Assembly (NCBI GenBank): GCA_007280935.1
Contig: QYQK01000012.1
Span: 1,022 to 65,021 of the forward strand
Reading direction: 5' to 3'
From: Opitutales bacterium
Lineage (GTDB): Bacteria > Verrucomicrobiota > Verrucomicrobiia > Opitutales > UBA953
DNA: 64,000 bases
Shown here piece after piece: positions 1 through 11,193 of this stretch (position 1 is the first letter of the stretch; each line of letters starts with the position of its first letter). The notes beneath the pieces are model-generated. The model did no database searches and was not told the DNA's origin. It was given only the letters and a program-made list of their open reading frames with translations. The position numbers and the translations under genes are program-made.

Positions 1-403
1 CCTTAGCGGCGGTTGGCGACGCGATGGGTTACTGTTACTCGGTCTGCTGATCTCGGCTGGGGTTGCGGCCGGAGATTTTGCATCGCATTCGCCGACGGCC
101 GATCTGCGGGCTTTTGAGGCGAGCACGGCCCGGTTTAAAGCAGCTTACAATGGTGGGCCGTTCTACGTTGCCATCGAGGACGGTCACTATTGGCCGCTCC
201 CTTATTACCTGCGGCATTATCAGGTTGGGTATGGCGATTTCCCAGACGCGGCCAAGGCTCCGCTGCGGTTGATTCTGGCGAATGATACAAGTGAGCCGAA
301 GGTGGCTGGTTATGCCGTCCATCGGCTGAATCTGCGTAAAGATGGCACTGAATATTGGGTGTTAGTTGCCAAGGAGTACGAAAGCGTTTTTAATCGGCCC
401 TAA
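1..403 (+). CDS. 3' end of a membrane protein, probably a TIGR03663/Agl23-like GT-C-type glycosyltransferase-associated protein (5' truncated by the window)
   Basis: Frame +2 is open from base 2 to TAA at 401-403 (LSGGWRRDGLLLLGLLISAG...HYWPLPYYLRHY...ESVFNRP). It is absent from the ORF track. YWPLPYYLR resembles the WPLPWYLR motif of this family. Confidence 0.55.
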   Translation, partial: LSGGWRRDGLLLLGLLISAGVAAGDFASHSPTADLRAFEASTARFKAAYNGGPFYVAIEDGHYWPLPYYLRHYQVGYGDFPDAAKAPLRLILANDTSEPKVAGYAVHRLNLRKDGTEYWVLVAKEYESVFNRP

Positions 404-407
404 CCCT

Positions 408-1322
408 ATGAGTGCCGGCCCCACGATTCATAACTTTTCTCACGAGGCGCTGCAGTGTCGCTTTTGGATCCGCATCGCCGATGAGGATGCGGTCTACGCG
501 CGGAATGCCGCCGAGGCGATCTTTCAGCTGCTGGATGACTTGGATTTCCAGACGGACTTAAGGCACGACAGCGGGCCGGTTGCTTCCATCAACTCCATGC
601 CCGAGGGAGCCATGGTAGCCGCCTCGGATCATATCCGAGCGCTTTGGGGTTTTGGTGAAACGATGGGCGAGGAGTCGGCTGGAGCCTTCAATGTCACCGC
701 CGGAAACCTTTTCAAATATTGGAGTAAGCGTGGCGAACTCCCGTTCAACCAGGACGACGCTGAGTGGGGGCAAGTCGTCAATGCGACCCGCGAAGGCAAA
801 TTTAAACTCGAAGGCTGTGAGCTGACGTGCGTTAAGGCTGGCGCGGCGGTCGACTTCGGTGCCATCACCCGGGGTTATGCCTTGGACCGGATGGCCGATA
901 TGCTGGAAAGCAATTGGGGTATTCATCGGGCCTTACTTATGGCTTCCGGGAGTGTCACGCTCGCCCTCGACCCGCCGGGCGATAGCTCGGGGTGGAGAAT
1001 CGGCGTCGGCTCTCGTTCCGAGATCAAGCTCTGCCGTTTTGCTTTCGCCAGTAAGTCCACGCAGGATCGTCACGGCAACTTGGTTGACCCCCGCACTGGC
1101 TTGGCGGTTCAATTAAGTTCGCCGGTGAGAGCAATCGCGAATTCAGCCATGGAGGCCGAGGGATTGGCGATGGCCGCCGCGGTGCTGAGTGTCGCGGAGC
1201 TCGAGGAGTTGCTGAATCGCGGATGCAGCCGAGGTGCCTGGCTGCCCGATGACTCTCGCTTAGGTTCGATCACTTATTTTGAAGTGACGGAGCGGCCCGA
1301 AAACCAAGAGACTACGGCTTAA
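408..1322 (+). CDS. apbE: FAD:protein FMN transferase (ApbE family), degenerate motifs
   Basis: Motifs FNVTAG, VDFGAITRGYALD, GWRIGV, LVDPRTG and SAMEAEGLAMA. ATG at 408 follows the upstream stop. Confidence 0.75.
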   Translation: MSAGPTIHNFSHEALQCRFWIRIADEDAVYARNAAEAIFQLLDDLDFQTDLRHDSGPVASINSMPEGAMVAASDHIRALWGFGETMGEESAGAFNVTAGNLFKYWSKRGELPFNQDDAEWGQVVNATREGKFKLEGCELTCVKAGAAVDFGAITRGYALDRMADMLESNWGIHRALLMASGSVTLALDPPGDSSGWRIGVGSRSEIKLCRFAFASKSTQDRHGNLVDPRTGLAVQLSSPVRAIANSAMEAEGLAMAAAVLSVAELEELLNRGCSRGAWLPDDSRLGSITYFEVTERPENQETTA

Positions 1323-3060
1323 GCATCGCTTCGATGTCTTTCAGCAGTTCGGTCCGGTTTAAAGAATATAAATAACTATCCGAACCGAGGCGCCGCAGGG
1401 CGACTTCGAGTAGATCTTGGGGAGGTCGCCGGGTGCTCATCAGGCGACGTAGATAGACTTCAAGGTCGTTGGAGATACGCGGATTGGCGAGTTTGAAGCG
1501 GACAATCTGCATCAGGACAGCCTGATTGCTTTCATTGAGTAAGTGGGCCTGAACCAAGACACTGTTAGCTTCGTCGAAGTGTTGCGCCGCAATCAGTTTG
1601 CGGCTGGCGGAAATCAGTAGCTGGGGTGGAATATTTTTATTCAGCATCAACTTTTGCAGGTTAATCGAGCCGATTTCTGGCTGATTATCATTGAAATAAG
1701 CGATGGTGCGGAGGGCTTCGAAGGCGATCAGCGTTTCGGCTACCCATTGTTCGCGTTCGGCCCGCTTATAAAGATCATCGACAATCAGAATCGTTTCCCG
1801 GGCGCGTCCGGCGTTGATTAGGCATTCGACGTGGATGAGCGTGAAACGAATGCGATTGGGGAAGCGCTGTTCTTCCGCTATTTTCATGATGCGCTCGGTC
1901 AGGAGGGGGTCGGCGGTGTCATTGCCGTAGCGGCTGAGGTCGAGCATTGCCTGTTCTTCTTTAGAGAATGTCGCGATGACCCGGGCAATCAACGCTTCGC
2001 GCTTCTTCTTGAGACCTTCGCCCGGGAGGAGGTATAAGGACTGGATAACGGGGGCGAATTTGGTCGGATCATTAATCGAGAGGAGATCCAGGCAGTCTCT
2101 CGCGCCGTCGAGGTTCCCCGATTCTTTCAGCCACCGCGCTTTCATTTCTAGCAAGCGGTTGGCGGATGGAAAAGAACGCAGGGCGGAGTTCAGTATTTCT
2201 AAGGCGGCATCATGATCCCCGTTTTCCCATAACACCTGACAGTTGAGTAGATAGCCTTCGGCGGTGCGGTCTAACCGATTTAAGCGAATGAGATTAAGGG
2301 TCTCAGCGTAATCTCCGCGCAAGAAGTTGGCTTGGGCCTGGGCGATGTGCAGGTCGCTGCGAATATTTCCATCCAAGCCTGGGTCCTTGGCGTATTTATT
2401 AGCACAGTCGATGATGCGTTTGTCTTGATCGAACATGAAGCACCGGTAAAGGTACATCCGGAAATGTTCGCGGTTGTGTTTGGCGAAATCGAGTGAGTCT
2501 TCAAGTAATTGGTAAGCGTCTAGCGGTCGACCAAAGGCGAAGAATAAATCCGCGCACATTCTTTGCGCTTCCAGGTTAGTCGGCGTCATGCTGGCGCCTG
2601 TCCCGATGTATTTAGCGAACTCCGCGTAATCCTGACGCTCCAGGGCAGCCTTGGCGATGATCACGTAGTATTCTCCTTTGCGTCGAAGGTGAGCGTCCTT
2701 GCCGTAGTCATCGATGCGGCTGGCCAACTTGGCGCGCTCATCAATTTTAATCTGAGCCTTTGACTTGAAGAAATTACGGAAACGTTCGGTGATCGTATCC
2801 GGGTAATAAAGGTACATGTCGGCCCGGCGGGTGGTCGCGATACCGCTCATGTATTTCTGACTAAAGTAGTAGGTTTCGGCGGTGAGCACCCATAGCGCCA
2901 AGAGGAAAAAGGGGAGGAGCAGAAAGAACCTTCCCCAAGCGATGCGATATTTACGGTCTTTATAGCCGTTTAAATCAACGATGATGAGGCCCAGGAATAG
3001 GCGAATGCTGGAGCGCGACTGCTGGTTCTGTCCGTAGACGTAGTTTGGGTCGGCCGCCAT
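1312..3060 (-). CDS. Membrane-anchored tetratricopeptide-repeat/helical repeat protein
   Basis: 582-aa ORF with an N-terminal hydrophobic helix (FFLLLPFFLLALWVL) followed by TPR-like amphipathic repeats. Confidence 0.65.
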   Translation of the reverse strand: MAADPNYVYGQNQQSRSSIRLFLGLIIVDLNGYKDRKYRIAWGRFFLLLPFFLLALWVLTAETYYFSQKYMSGIATTRRADMYLYYPDTITERFRNFFKSKAQIKIDERAKLASRIDDYGKDAHLRRKGEYYVIIAKAALERQDYAEFAKYIGTGASMTPTNLEAQRMCADLFFAFGRPLDAYQLLEDSLDFAKHNREHFRMYLYRCFMFDQDKRIIDCANKYAKDPGLDGNIRSDLHIAQAQANFLRGDYAETLNLIRLNRLDRTAEGYLLNCQVLWENGDHDAALEILNSALRSFPSANRLLEMKARWLKESGNLDGARDCLDLLSINDPTKFAPVIQSLYLLPGEGLKKKREALIARVIATFSKEEQAMLDLSRYGNDTADPLLTERIMKIAEEQRFPNRIRFTLIHVECLINAGRARETILIVDDLYKRAEREQWVAETLIAFEALRTIAYFNDNQPEIGSINLQKLMLNKNIPPQLLISASRKLIAAQHFDEANSVLVQAHLLNESNQAVLMQIVRFKLANPRISNDLEVYLRRLMSTRRPPQDLLEVALRRLGSDSYLYSLNRTELLKDIEAMLKP

Positions 3061-3116
3061 GGTTCGGGTGATAATCTGGGGTCCAGTTTGACGGGCAAGA
3101 ACGGATTGCTTTTACC

Positions 3117-5132
<2,016 letters not shown>

Positions 5133-5315
5133 GTCAGCACCTTTGTGATTCGCTGGCGGGGTGCAACAAAGACTCTTTATAACCCTTCGACTTGCAGGGA
5201 AGGGGTGATGGGATAAATCTCAGGGAATGTCTTTAGGCCACCCCGGCACCCTTCACGATTTAATCCAAGCTCCTGAGGCGTGCGTTTGGCCTCCTTGCGC
5301 TTAAGCAACCGAGGT

Positions 5316-7049
5316 ATGTCAATCATCCGAATACTTGATGTTACCGTGGCGAATCAAATCGCCGCTGGTGAGGTCGTCGAACGGCCGGCAGCGGTCATCA
5401 AGGAACTTTTAGAGAACGCTTTGGATGCCGCGGCCACGCGCGTCGTCGTAGATTTTTCCCGCGGCGGAAAGGCTTTGATGATTGTCGAGGACGACGGCAA
5501 AGGGATGACTTCCGATCAAGCTATTTTGAGTTTGGAGCGGCACGCCACGAGCAAAATTCGTCTAGCATCGGACCTTGATCGGATTGCGACCTTCGGTTTC
5601 CGCGGAGAAGCCCTGCCTTCGATTGCGAGCGTGGCGCGTTTTACGATGCAGACAAGGCCGACAGAAGCTTCGGCCGGTACGGAAATTTTGGTGATCGGTG
5701 GCAAGCTGGTGCATCGCAAGGACCATGGGATGGCGCCAGGCACGCGCATAGAGGTCGCAAACTTATTTCATCCGGTACCGGCCCGGCTTAAGTTTCTTAA
5801 GTCCGACGAGACCGAGGCTGCCCATATCGTCAGGCTGGTGCGGCTTTATGCCGTCGCACACCCCGAAGTCGGTTTCCTGCTGCGGGAAGACGGGCGGGAG
5901 ATTTTCCGTTCCCCGGGTAATGCACCTTTGCTCGAGCGGGTTCGGGAAATCTGGGGACGACAGGTGGCCGAAGAGGTCACAATCATGCCGACGTTTGCGC
6001 GCCCTGGCATGAGGCTGACCGGTCTGTTAGGAAAACCTGGGGTAAGCCGCGGCACCCGGCAGGATCTGATTACGGTCGTGAATGGACGTCCCGTAGATAG
6101 CCGGACGATGTCCTACGCCTTGACGGAAAGTTATCACACGTTGATTCCGAAGGGTAGGTATCCGTTGGCGTTTGCATTTCTCGAAATCGATCCCGCCTGG
6201 GTCGACGTCAATGTTCATCCGGCAAAGCGCGAAGTGCGCTTCCGGGATGAGGCGAAGGTGCGAAACTTCTTAATCGAATCAGTCTTGGCCGTCTTGCGAT
6301 CAAGCGGCGGTGACGGTTTGCCCGTCCAGACGATTCCAGCGGTGACGCCCTCCGCTTATTTGGCCGAAAGGTCGCCACTTGCGATCGCAGGTCCGACTTA
6401 TGTTCCTTCGGTGGCGAGTAGTCCGCCGACGGAAGCTGGACAGCCTGCGAACGTATCTGACCACGCGCCAGCGGTTCGGCTGGGCTGGCGCTTATTGGCA
6501 AGGTTGCGCGCGGAGCGAGCGGTCTTCGAGACGCCAACCGGGCTGGCAATCCTTGACTTGGGCGCCGCGCATCAGCGCATTCTTTACGAGTCGATCCTTG
6601 CGCAGTTCTCCCGGCAAGAATCTGTCGCCCAAGTTTTACTGGTACCGCTTAATATCGAATTAGAACCCTTGCCTGCGGCGGTTTTAAAAGAGCAAATGGC
6701 GTTGATTACTAAGGCCGGATTTGCATTCGAGGAATATGGCAGAAACTTTTGGCGCATCGCGGCGCTACCCGCATGGTTGGCGCCGGAAGATTGCCTAGGA
6801 TTCATCCGTGATATGTTGGCCGAGATGGCCCGACGGGAAGGGGATTTCGGAAAGCCCACGCTGGCCTATGATGCGTTGGCAAAATTAGCCATTCAGCGGG
6901 CTCGCCGTAGGGGCGATGCGCTCTCTGATCTGGAATTAGCCCAGCTCGTACAGGCGCTTTTTGCGACGACGCAGCCCGGGACTTGTCCGCGTGGGCGCCG
7001 AACTTATATTGAATGGACCGATTCTGATCTGACCCGTCGCTTGGGTTAA
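5316..7049 (+). CDS. mutL: DNA mismatch repair protein MutL
   Basis: Motifs NQIAAGEVVERP, KELLENALDA, RHATSKI, GFRGEALPSI and VDVNVHPAKREVRF. Confidence 0.96.
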   Translation: MSIIRILDVTVANQIAAGEVVERPAAVIKELLENALDAAATRVVVDFSRGGKALMIVEDDGKGMTSDQAILSLERHATSKIRLASDLDRIATFGFRGEALPSIASVARFTMQTRPTEASAGTEILVIGGKLVHRKDHGMAPGTRIEVANLFHPVPARLKFLKSDETEAAHIVRLVRLYAVAHPEVGFLLREDGREIFRSPGNAPLLERVREIWGRQVAEEVTIMPTFARPGMRLTGLLGKPGVSRGTRQDLITVVNGRPVDSRTMSYALTESYHTLIPKGRYPLAFAFLEIDPAWVDVNVHPAKREVRFRDEAKVRNFLIESVLAVLRSSGGDGLPVQTIPAVTPSAYLAERSPLAIAGPTYVPSVASSPPTEAGQPANVSDHAPAVRLGWRLLARLRAERAVFETPTGLAILDLGAAHQRILYESILAQFSRQESVAQVLLVPLNIELEPLPAAVLKEQMALITKAGFAFEEYGRNFWRIAALPAWLAPEDCLGFIRDMLAEMARREGDFGKPTLAYDALAKLAIQRARRRGDALSDLELAQLVQALFATTQPGTCPRGRRTYIEWTDSDLTRRLG

Positions 7050-9035
7050 TCAACGCCGGCTTTTGCGGCGTTTGGCTGGCGCGGGCTTCCCGGTGCGAAG
7101 CGATTCGATTTGATCACGCAAGACGGCCGCACGCTCGAACTGCAATTCATCGGCTGCCGTGAGCATTTCGGATTCCAAATCCGAGAGTACGCGCGCGATA
7201 TCGCGGTCATCGGTACCTTCGGCGACCGCCAAGACGTCTTCCGCTTCTTCATCCACCAGACTTTCCTCGATTGGTCGCATCGTGCCTTTAGGCGTGATGC
7301 CGTGTTTAAGGTTATAGGCCTCTTGGCGTTTTCGACGGTCAGCGCAAATGGTCATGGCGCGGGTAAGTGACTTCGTCATCACGTCGGCGTAGAGGAGGAC
7401 TTTGCCGTCAACGTGACGTGCCGCTCGACCCGAGGTCTGAATGAGGCTCGTTTCGCTGCGCAGGAACCCTTCTTTATCCGCATCAAGGATGCCGACCAGG
7501 GCGACTTCGGGCAGGTCGAGGCCTTCTCGAAGTAAGTTTACACCGACAAGGACGTCAAATTGTCCCGCCCGCAGGCGACGAAGGATTTCGACGCGTTCGA
7601 TGGCATCGATGTCAGAGTGGAGGTATTCCACTTTTAATCCGCTATCGCGCATGAAGTTGGAAAGTTCTTCCGACATCCGCTTAGTCAACGTCGTGACGAG
7701 GGTGCGAAAACCTTTGAATGCGACGGCTTTGGCTTCGCCGATGATATCTTCGACTTGGCCGGCGATGGGGCGCACTTCCATGATAGGATCCAGCAGCCCC
7801 GTCGGCCGAATGACTTGTTCGGCGATTACCGAGGATACCGCGTATTCATGGGGCGCCGGCGTCGCCGATACGTAGATAATCTGCTCCGTCACGGCATCAA
7901 ATTCATCCGGCATCAAGGGCCGATTCTCCAGGGCGGAGGGCAGGCGGAAGCCGAACTCCACCAGCCGCTCTTTGCGCGCCCGGTCACCGTGATACATGCC
8001 GCGAATCTGGGAGACCGAGACGTGGCTTTCATCGATGAAGACCAGCCGGTCTTTGGGGAAGAAGTCGAGCAAGCAGCAAGGGCGTTCGCCCGCCTTGCGC
8101 CCTGACATATGGAGGGAATAATTCTCCACCCCGGAGCAGAAGCCAGTCTCCCGCAACATCTCCAAATCGTGTTCGACTCGCATCCGAATACGTTGGGCTT
8201 CGACCAGTCGGTTATTCTTTTCAAAAAAATCCACCCGGGCTTCAAGTTCGGTGCGAATCGCCGCCGCCGCGGTTTTGATGCGTCCCGGCGCCGTGACGTA
8301 TTGGTTGGCCGGATAAAGATCAAACATCTCCAAGGATTTCCCCGGCTTCACGCTCACCGGATCTAGTTCCCGGATGGCTTCCAGCGTATCGCCCCAGAAC
8401 TCTAGGCGCACCGCAGACTCCATGTAGGCGGGCCAGACATCGATGGTTTCCCCGCGAGCCCGGAAGGAACAACGCTCCAAGATCGCATCATTCCTGGAGT
8501 ATTGATTGTTCACCATTTTCGTCAGCAGTTCGTCGCGCCGTAGGGTCATGCCGACCTTCAGGGGCACCATCATCGCCATGAAGTCTTCCGGCGAACCGAG
8601 GCCGTAGATGCAGGAAACCGAAGCGATGACGATAACGTCGCGCCGTGAAAGCAAGGCGCTGCTGGCGCTGATGCGGAGCCGCTCGATGTCTTCGTTGATC
8701 GCCGAATCTTTTTCGATGAACGTATCCGTCTGCGGAACGTAAGCCTCCGGTTGATAATAATCATAATAACTGACGAAATACTCGACGGCGTTCTCGGGGA
8801 AGAAATTCTTGAATTCAGAGTAGAGCTGGGCAGCCAAGGTCTTGTTGTGCGAGATAATCAGGGCGGGCCGTTGTTGGCTCGCGATGAGGTTGGCCATCGT
8901 AAAGGTCTTGCCGGAGCCCGTTACGCCGAGGAGCGTCTGGCGAGCGTTACCCGCTTGGAGGGAGGCCTCCAGGGCGGCGATGGCGGCGGGCTGGTCGCCC
9001 GTGGGGCGATACGGAGAATGTAGTTTAAACTCCAT
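7050..9035 (-). CDS. uvrB: Excinuclease ABC subunit B
   Basis: Motifs GDQP, LGVTGSGKT, HNKTLAAQLY, YFVSYYDYYQPEAY, DESH and LLREGLDLPEV, plus a C-terminal UVR domain. Confidence 0.98.
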   Translation of the reverse strand: MEFKLHSPYRPTGDQPAAIAALEASLQAGNARQTLLGVTGSGKTFTMANLIASQQRPALIISHNKTLAAQLYSEFKNFFPENAVEYFVSYYDYYQPEAYVPQTDTFIEKDSAINEDIERLRISASSALLSRRDVIVIASVSCIYGLGSPEDFMAMMVPLKVGMTLRRDELLTKMVNNQYSRNDAILERCSFRARGETIDVWPAYMESAVRLEFWGDTLEAIRELDPVSVKPGKSLEMFDLYPANQYVTAPGRIKTAAAAIRTELEARVDFFEKNNRLVEAQRIRMRVEHDLEMLRETGFCSGVENYSLHMSGRKAGERPCCLLDFFPKDRLVFIDESHVSVSQIRGMYHGDRARKERLVEFGFRLPSALENRPLMPDEFDAVTEQIIYVSATPAPHEYAVSSVIAEQVIRPTGLLDPIMEVRPIAGQVEDIIGEAKAVAFKGFRTLVTTLTKRMSEELSNFMRDSGLKVEYLHSDIDAIERVEILRRLRAGQFDVLVGVNLLREGLDLPEVALVGILDADKEGFLRSETSLIQTSGRAARHVDGKVLLYADVMTKSLTRAMTICADRRKRQEAYNLKHGITPKGTMRPIEESLVDEEAEDVLAVAEGTDDRDIARVLSDLESEMLTAADELQFERAAVLRDQIESLRTGKPAPAKRRKSRR

Positions 9036-9037
9036 GC

Positions 9038-9703
9038 TTAATCGAGTCGGCCGCGAACGAGCCATTGCGGGTCGACTTCGGAGAGGTCACGTAGAATGCG
9101 ATGCGCACCGATCGGCTCGAGCTGAGCTCGCGTGTGGGTCGTCGCCAGCGCCACGGTGATGAAACCTCCGGCGAGGCCGGCTTGAATTCCGGAGAACGAG
9201 TCTTCAAAGACAAAAGATGAGGCCGGTTCGCCTCCGCCCAGAGCGCAAGCTTTGAGAAAGACTTCAGGGTCAGGTTTGCCGCGGGTGACATCCTCGCTGC
9301 TAATCGCGCCGTCGAACAAATGGCCGAGACCGAATAGTTCGAACGAAAGCTGCAGGTTGGCCTTGTGCGTCGAAGTGCCGATGACGCATCGAATCCCAGC
9401 TTGGCCCAGCGCCGTGGTTAACTCGCGCACTCCCGGTAAGAGGCGGACATTTCCTTGGCGGGCGATTTCCCGATACAGGTCTTCTTTCTTATCGGAGAGC
9501 CTTTTGATTTCTGCCGGATCTCTCGACCAGCCCAGGATTTCCGGGATGATGAATTCATTCCGTTTACCGAAACCGCGGATGAAGTGATCGGAGGGGAGCG
9601 TGAGATGCTCGGCCACGGCGAGGACTTCCCAAGAGCGTTCATGGGCTACGGATGAGTCAATGACGACTCCGTCCCAATCAAAGACCGCGACAGTTTTGGA
9701 CAT
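9038..9703 (-). CDS. HAD-superfamily phosphatase (beta-phosphoglucomutase/CbbY-like, subfamily IA)
   Basis: Motifs FDWDGVVIDS, GKPDPEVF and FEDSFSGIQAG. Confidence 0.85.
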   Translation of the reverse strand: MSKTVAVFDWDGVVIDSSVAHERSWEVLAVAEHLTLPSDHFIRGFGKRNEFIIPEILGWSRDPAEIKRLSDKKEDLYREIARQGNVRLLPGVRELTTALGQAGIRCVIGTSTHKANLQLSFELFGLGHLFDGAISSEDVTRGKPDPEVFLKACALGGGEPASSFVFEDSFSGIQAGLAGGFITVALATTHTRAQLEPIGAHRILRDLSEVDPQWLVRGRLD

Positions 9704-9708
9704 TTAAA

Positions 9709-11175
9709 TCAGTGTTTATCCCAAGCCAGCGTGACTTTGACGGGGCGATAATCCCAGACGTTCAGCGGTTCGAAGATCTGGCCCGGAGCCAGGATGCCAT
9801 TGGGGTCAAGGGCGAGCTTGATGGCGCGCATCGCTTGGATCTCCGCGGGCGTGTGTTGTAGGGAAAGGAAAGGCGATTTGGCGATGCCGATACCGTGTTC
9901 GCCGGTAATGGCGCCGCCGAGTTCGACGACTTTCTGCATGACCTCATGGATTGCTTTTTCGGCCAGACGGCAGTGTTCGGGATTATCCCGATTGTACATG
10001 ATGTGGACGTGGAAATTCCCATCGGCGGCATGTCCAAAGGTGGGCGTGGCCAACCCGGTCCGGTCGCGCACTTCACGGGTGTAGCGGATGAGGGCGACAT
10101 AACTCTTGAACGGTACGACGATGTCTTCGTTGAGTTTCGCATTACCCAAGGAGTACATCGCCTGCGAGCAAGTCCGACGAATATCCCATAAGGCTTCGGC
10201 TTCGCTTTCGCTTTCCGTTTCGCGGAAAGCCACGGCGTGGCGGTTAATCCACGCTCTAACTTTGATGGCGTCCTCAGCGAGGGCGGCGGGGTGCCCGTCG
10301 ATTTCTACGAGTAGAAGGGCGTGGGTCGCGGGATTACCCTTTAATTCTTCGGTCGCAAAGACCCGCTTGGCCCGCATTTTTTCGGCCGCTTCCACCGTTT
10401 GCGTGTCGAGGAACTCGAATACGGATGGGTTGATGCGGAGGCCCATGAGTTCCGCCGCCGCTTCGAGGGCGCCTTCATCCGTAAGACAGGCGAGCAGGAA
10501 CGTGCGTCGGGCTAAGGGCTTATTAACCAGCTTAAGCACGGCTTTGGTGATGATGCCCAGGGTGCCTTCCGAGCCGATCCAAAGGTCGCGGATGTTGATG
10601 CCGCTCACGAATTTTCGGAGCGGAGCGGCCCAACGGACTTTTTCACCCGTGGGCAAAAAGCCTTCCAAGGCATAAACGTGGTCGCGAACAACGCCGTATT
10701 TCGCCGCGCGTAAACCTCCGGCGTTGGTGGCGATGTTGCCTCCGATGCTGCAATACTTGAGCGAAGAGGGATCGGGCGGGAAGAAAAGGCCGAAGGGAGC
10801 CGCGAGGTCGTTAATTTTTGCCGTGATGGCTCCGGGCTGGACGGTTGCCATCGCTGAGATCGGGTCGATTTCGATTTTATCCCAATGGTCGAGGTGGATG
10901 ACCCAGCCGCCTTTGATGGGAGAGCTGGCGCCGGTATTGCCGGTGCCTCGGCCGCGGACGGTGACCGGGACGCGGTGCTCGTTGGCCAACTTTAAAACAA
11001 TCCCGATGTCTGCTTCTTCTCCCGGGCGGATGACCGCTTCGGGCATGAATGAAAGGCGCATGTTGTCGAACGAAGCGGCGAAGCAGGTTGCTTCGTCGGT
11101 CCGGACCTTTTCGGCCCCAAGTTTCACAATGAGTGCCTGAGTAGCGGCGGGATGACTGTGCACAGGAGCGTTCAC
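9709..11175 (-). CDS. FAD-linked oxidase, GlcD/D-2-hydroxyacid dehydrogenase family
   Basis: Motifs RGRGTG, PPDPSS..CSIGGNIATNAGG, GSEGTLGIIT, GHAADGNFH and GEHGIG. The GTG start at 11175 is inferred. Confidence 0.88.
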   Translation of the reverse strand: MNAPVHSHPAATQALIVKLGAEKVRTDEATCFAASFDNMRLSFMPEAVIRPGEEADIGIVLKLANEHRVPVTVRGRGTGNTGASSPIKGGWVIHLDHWDKIEIDPISAMATVQPGAITAKINDLAAPFGLFFPPDPSSLKYCSIGGNIATNAGGLRAAKYGVVRDHVYALEGFLPTGEKVRWAAPLRKFVSGINIRDLWIGSEGTLGIITKAVLKLVNKPLARRTFLLACLTDEGALEAAAELMGLRINPSVFEFLDTQTVEAAEKMRAKRVFATEELKGNPATHALLLVEIDGHPAALAEDAIKVRAWINRHAVAFRETESESEAEALWDIRRTCSQAMYSLGNAKLNEDIVVPFKSYVALIRYTREVRDRTGLATPTFGHAADGNFHVHIMYNRDNPEHCRLAEKAIHEVMQKVVELGGAITGEHGIGIAKSPFLSLQHTPAEIQAMRAIKLALDPNGILAPGQIFEPLNVWDYRPVKVTLAWDKH

Positions 11176-11193
11176 CCGGCTAATCAAGCACGC

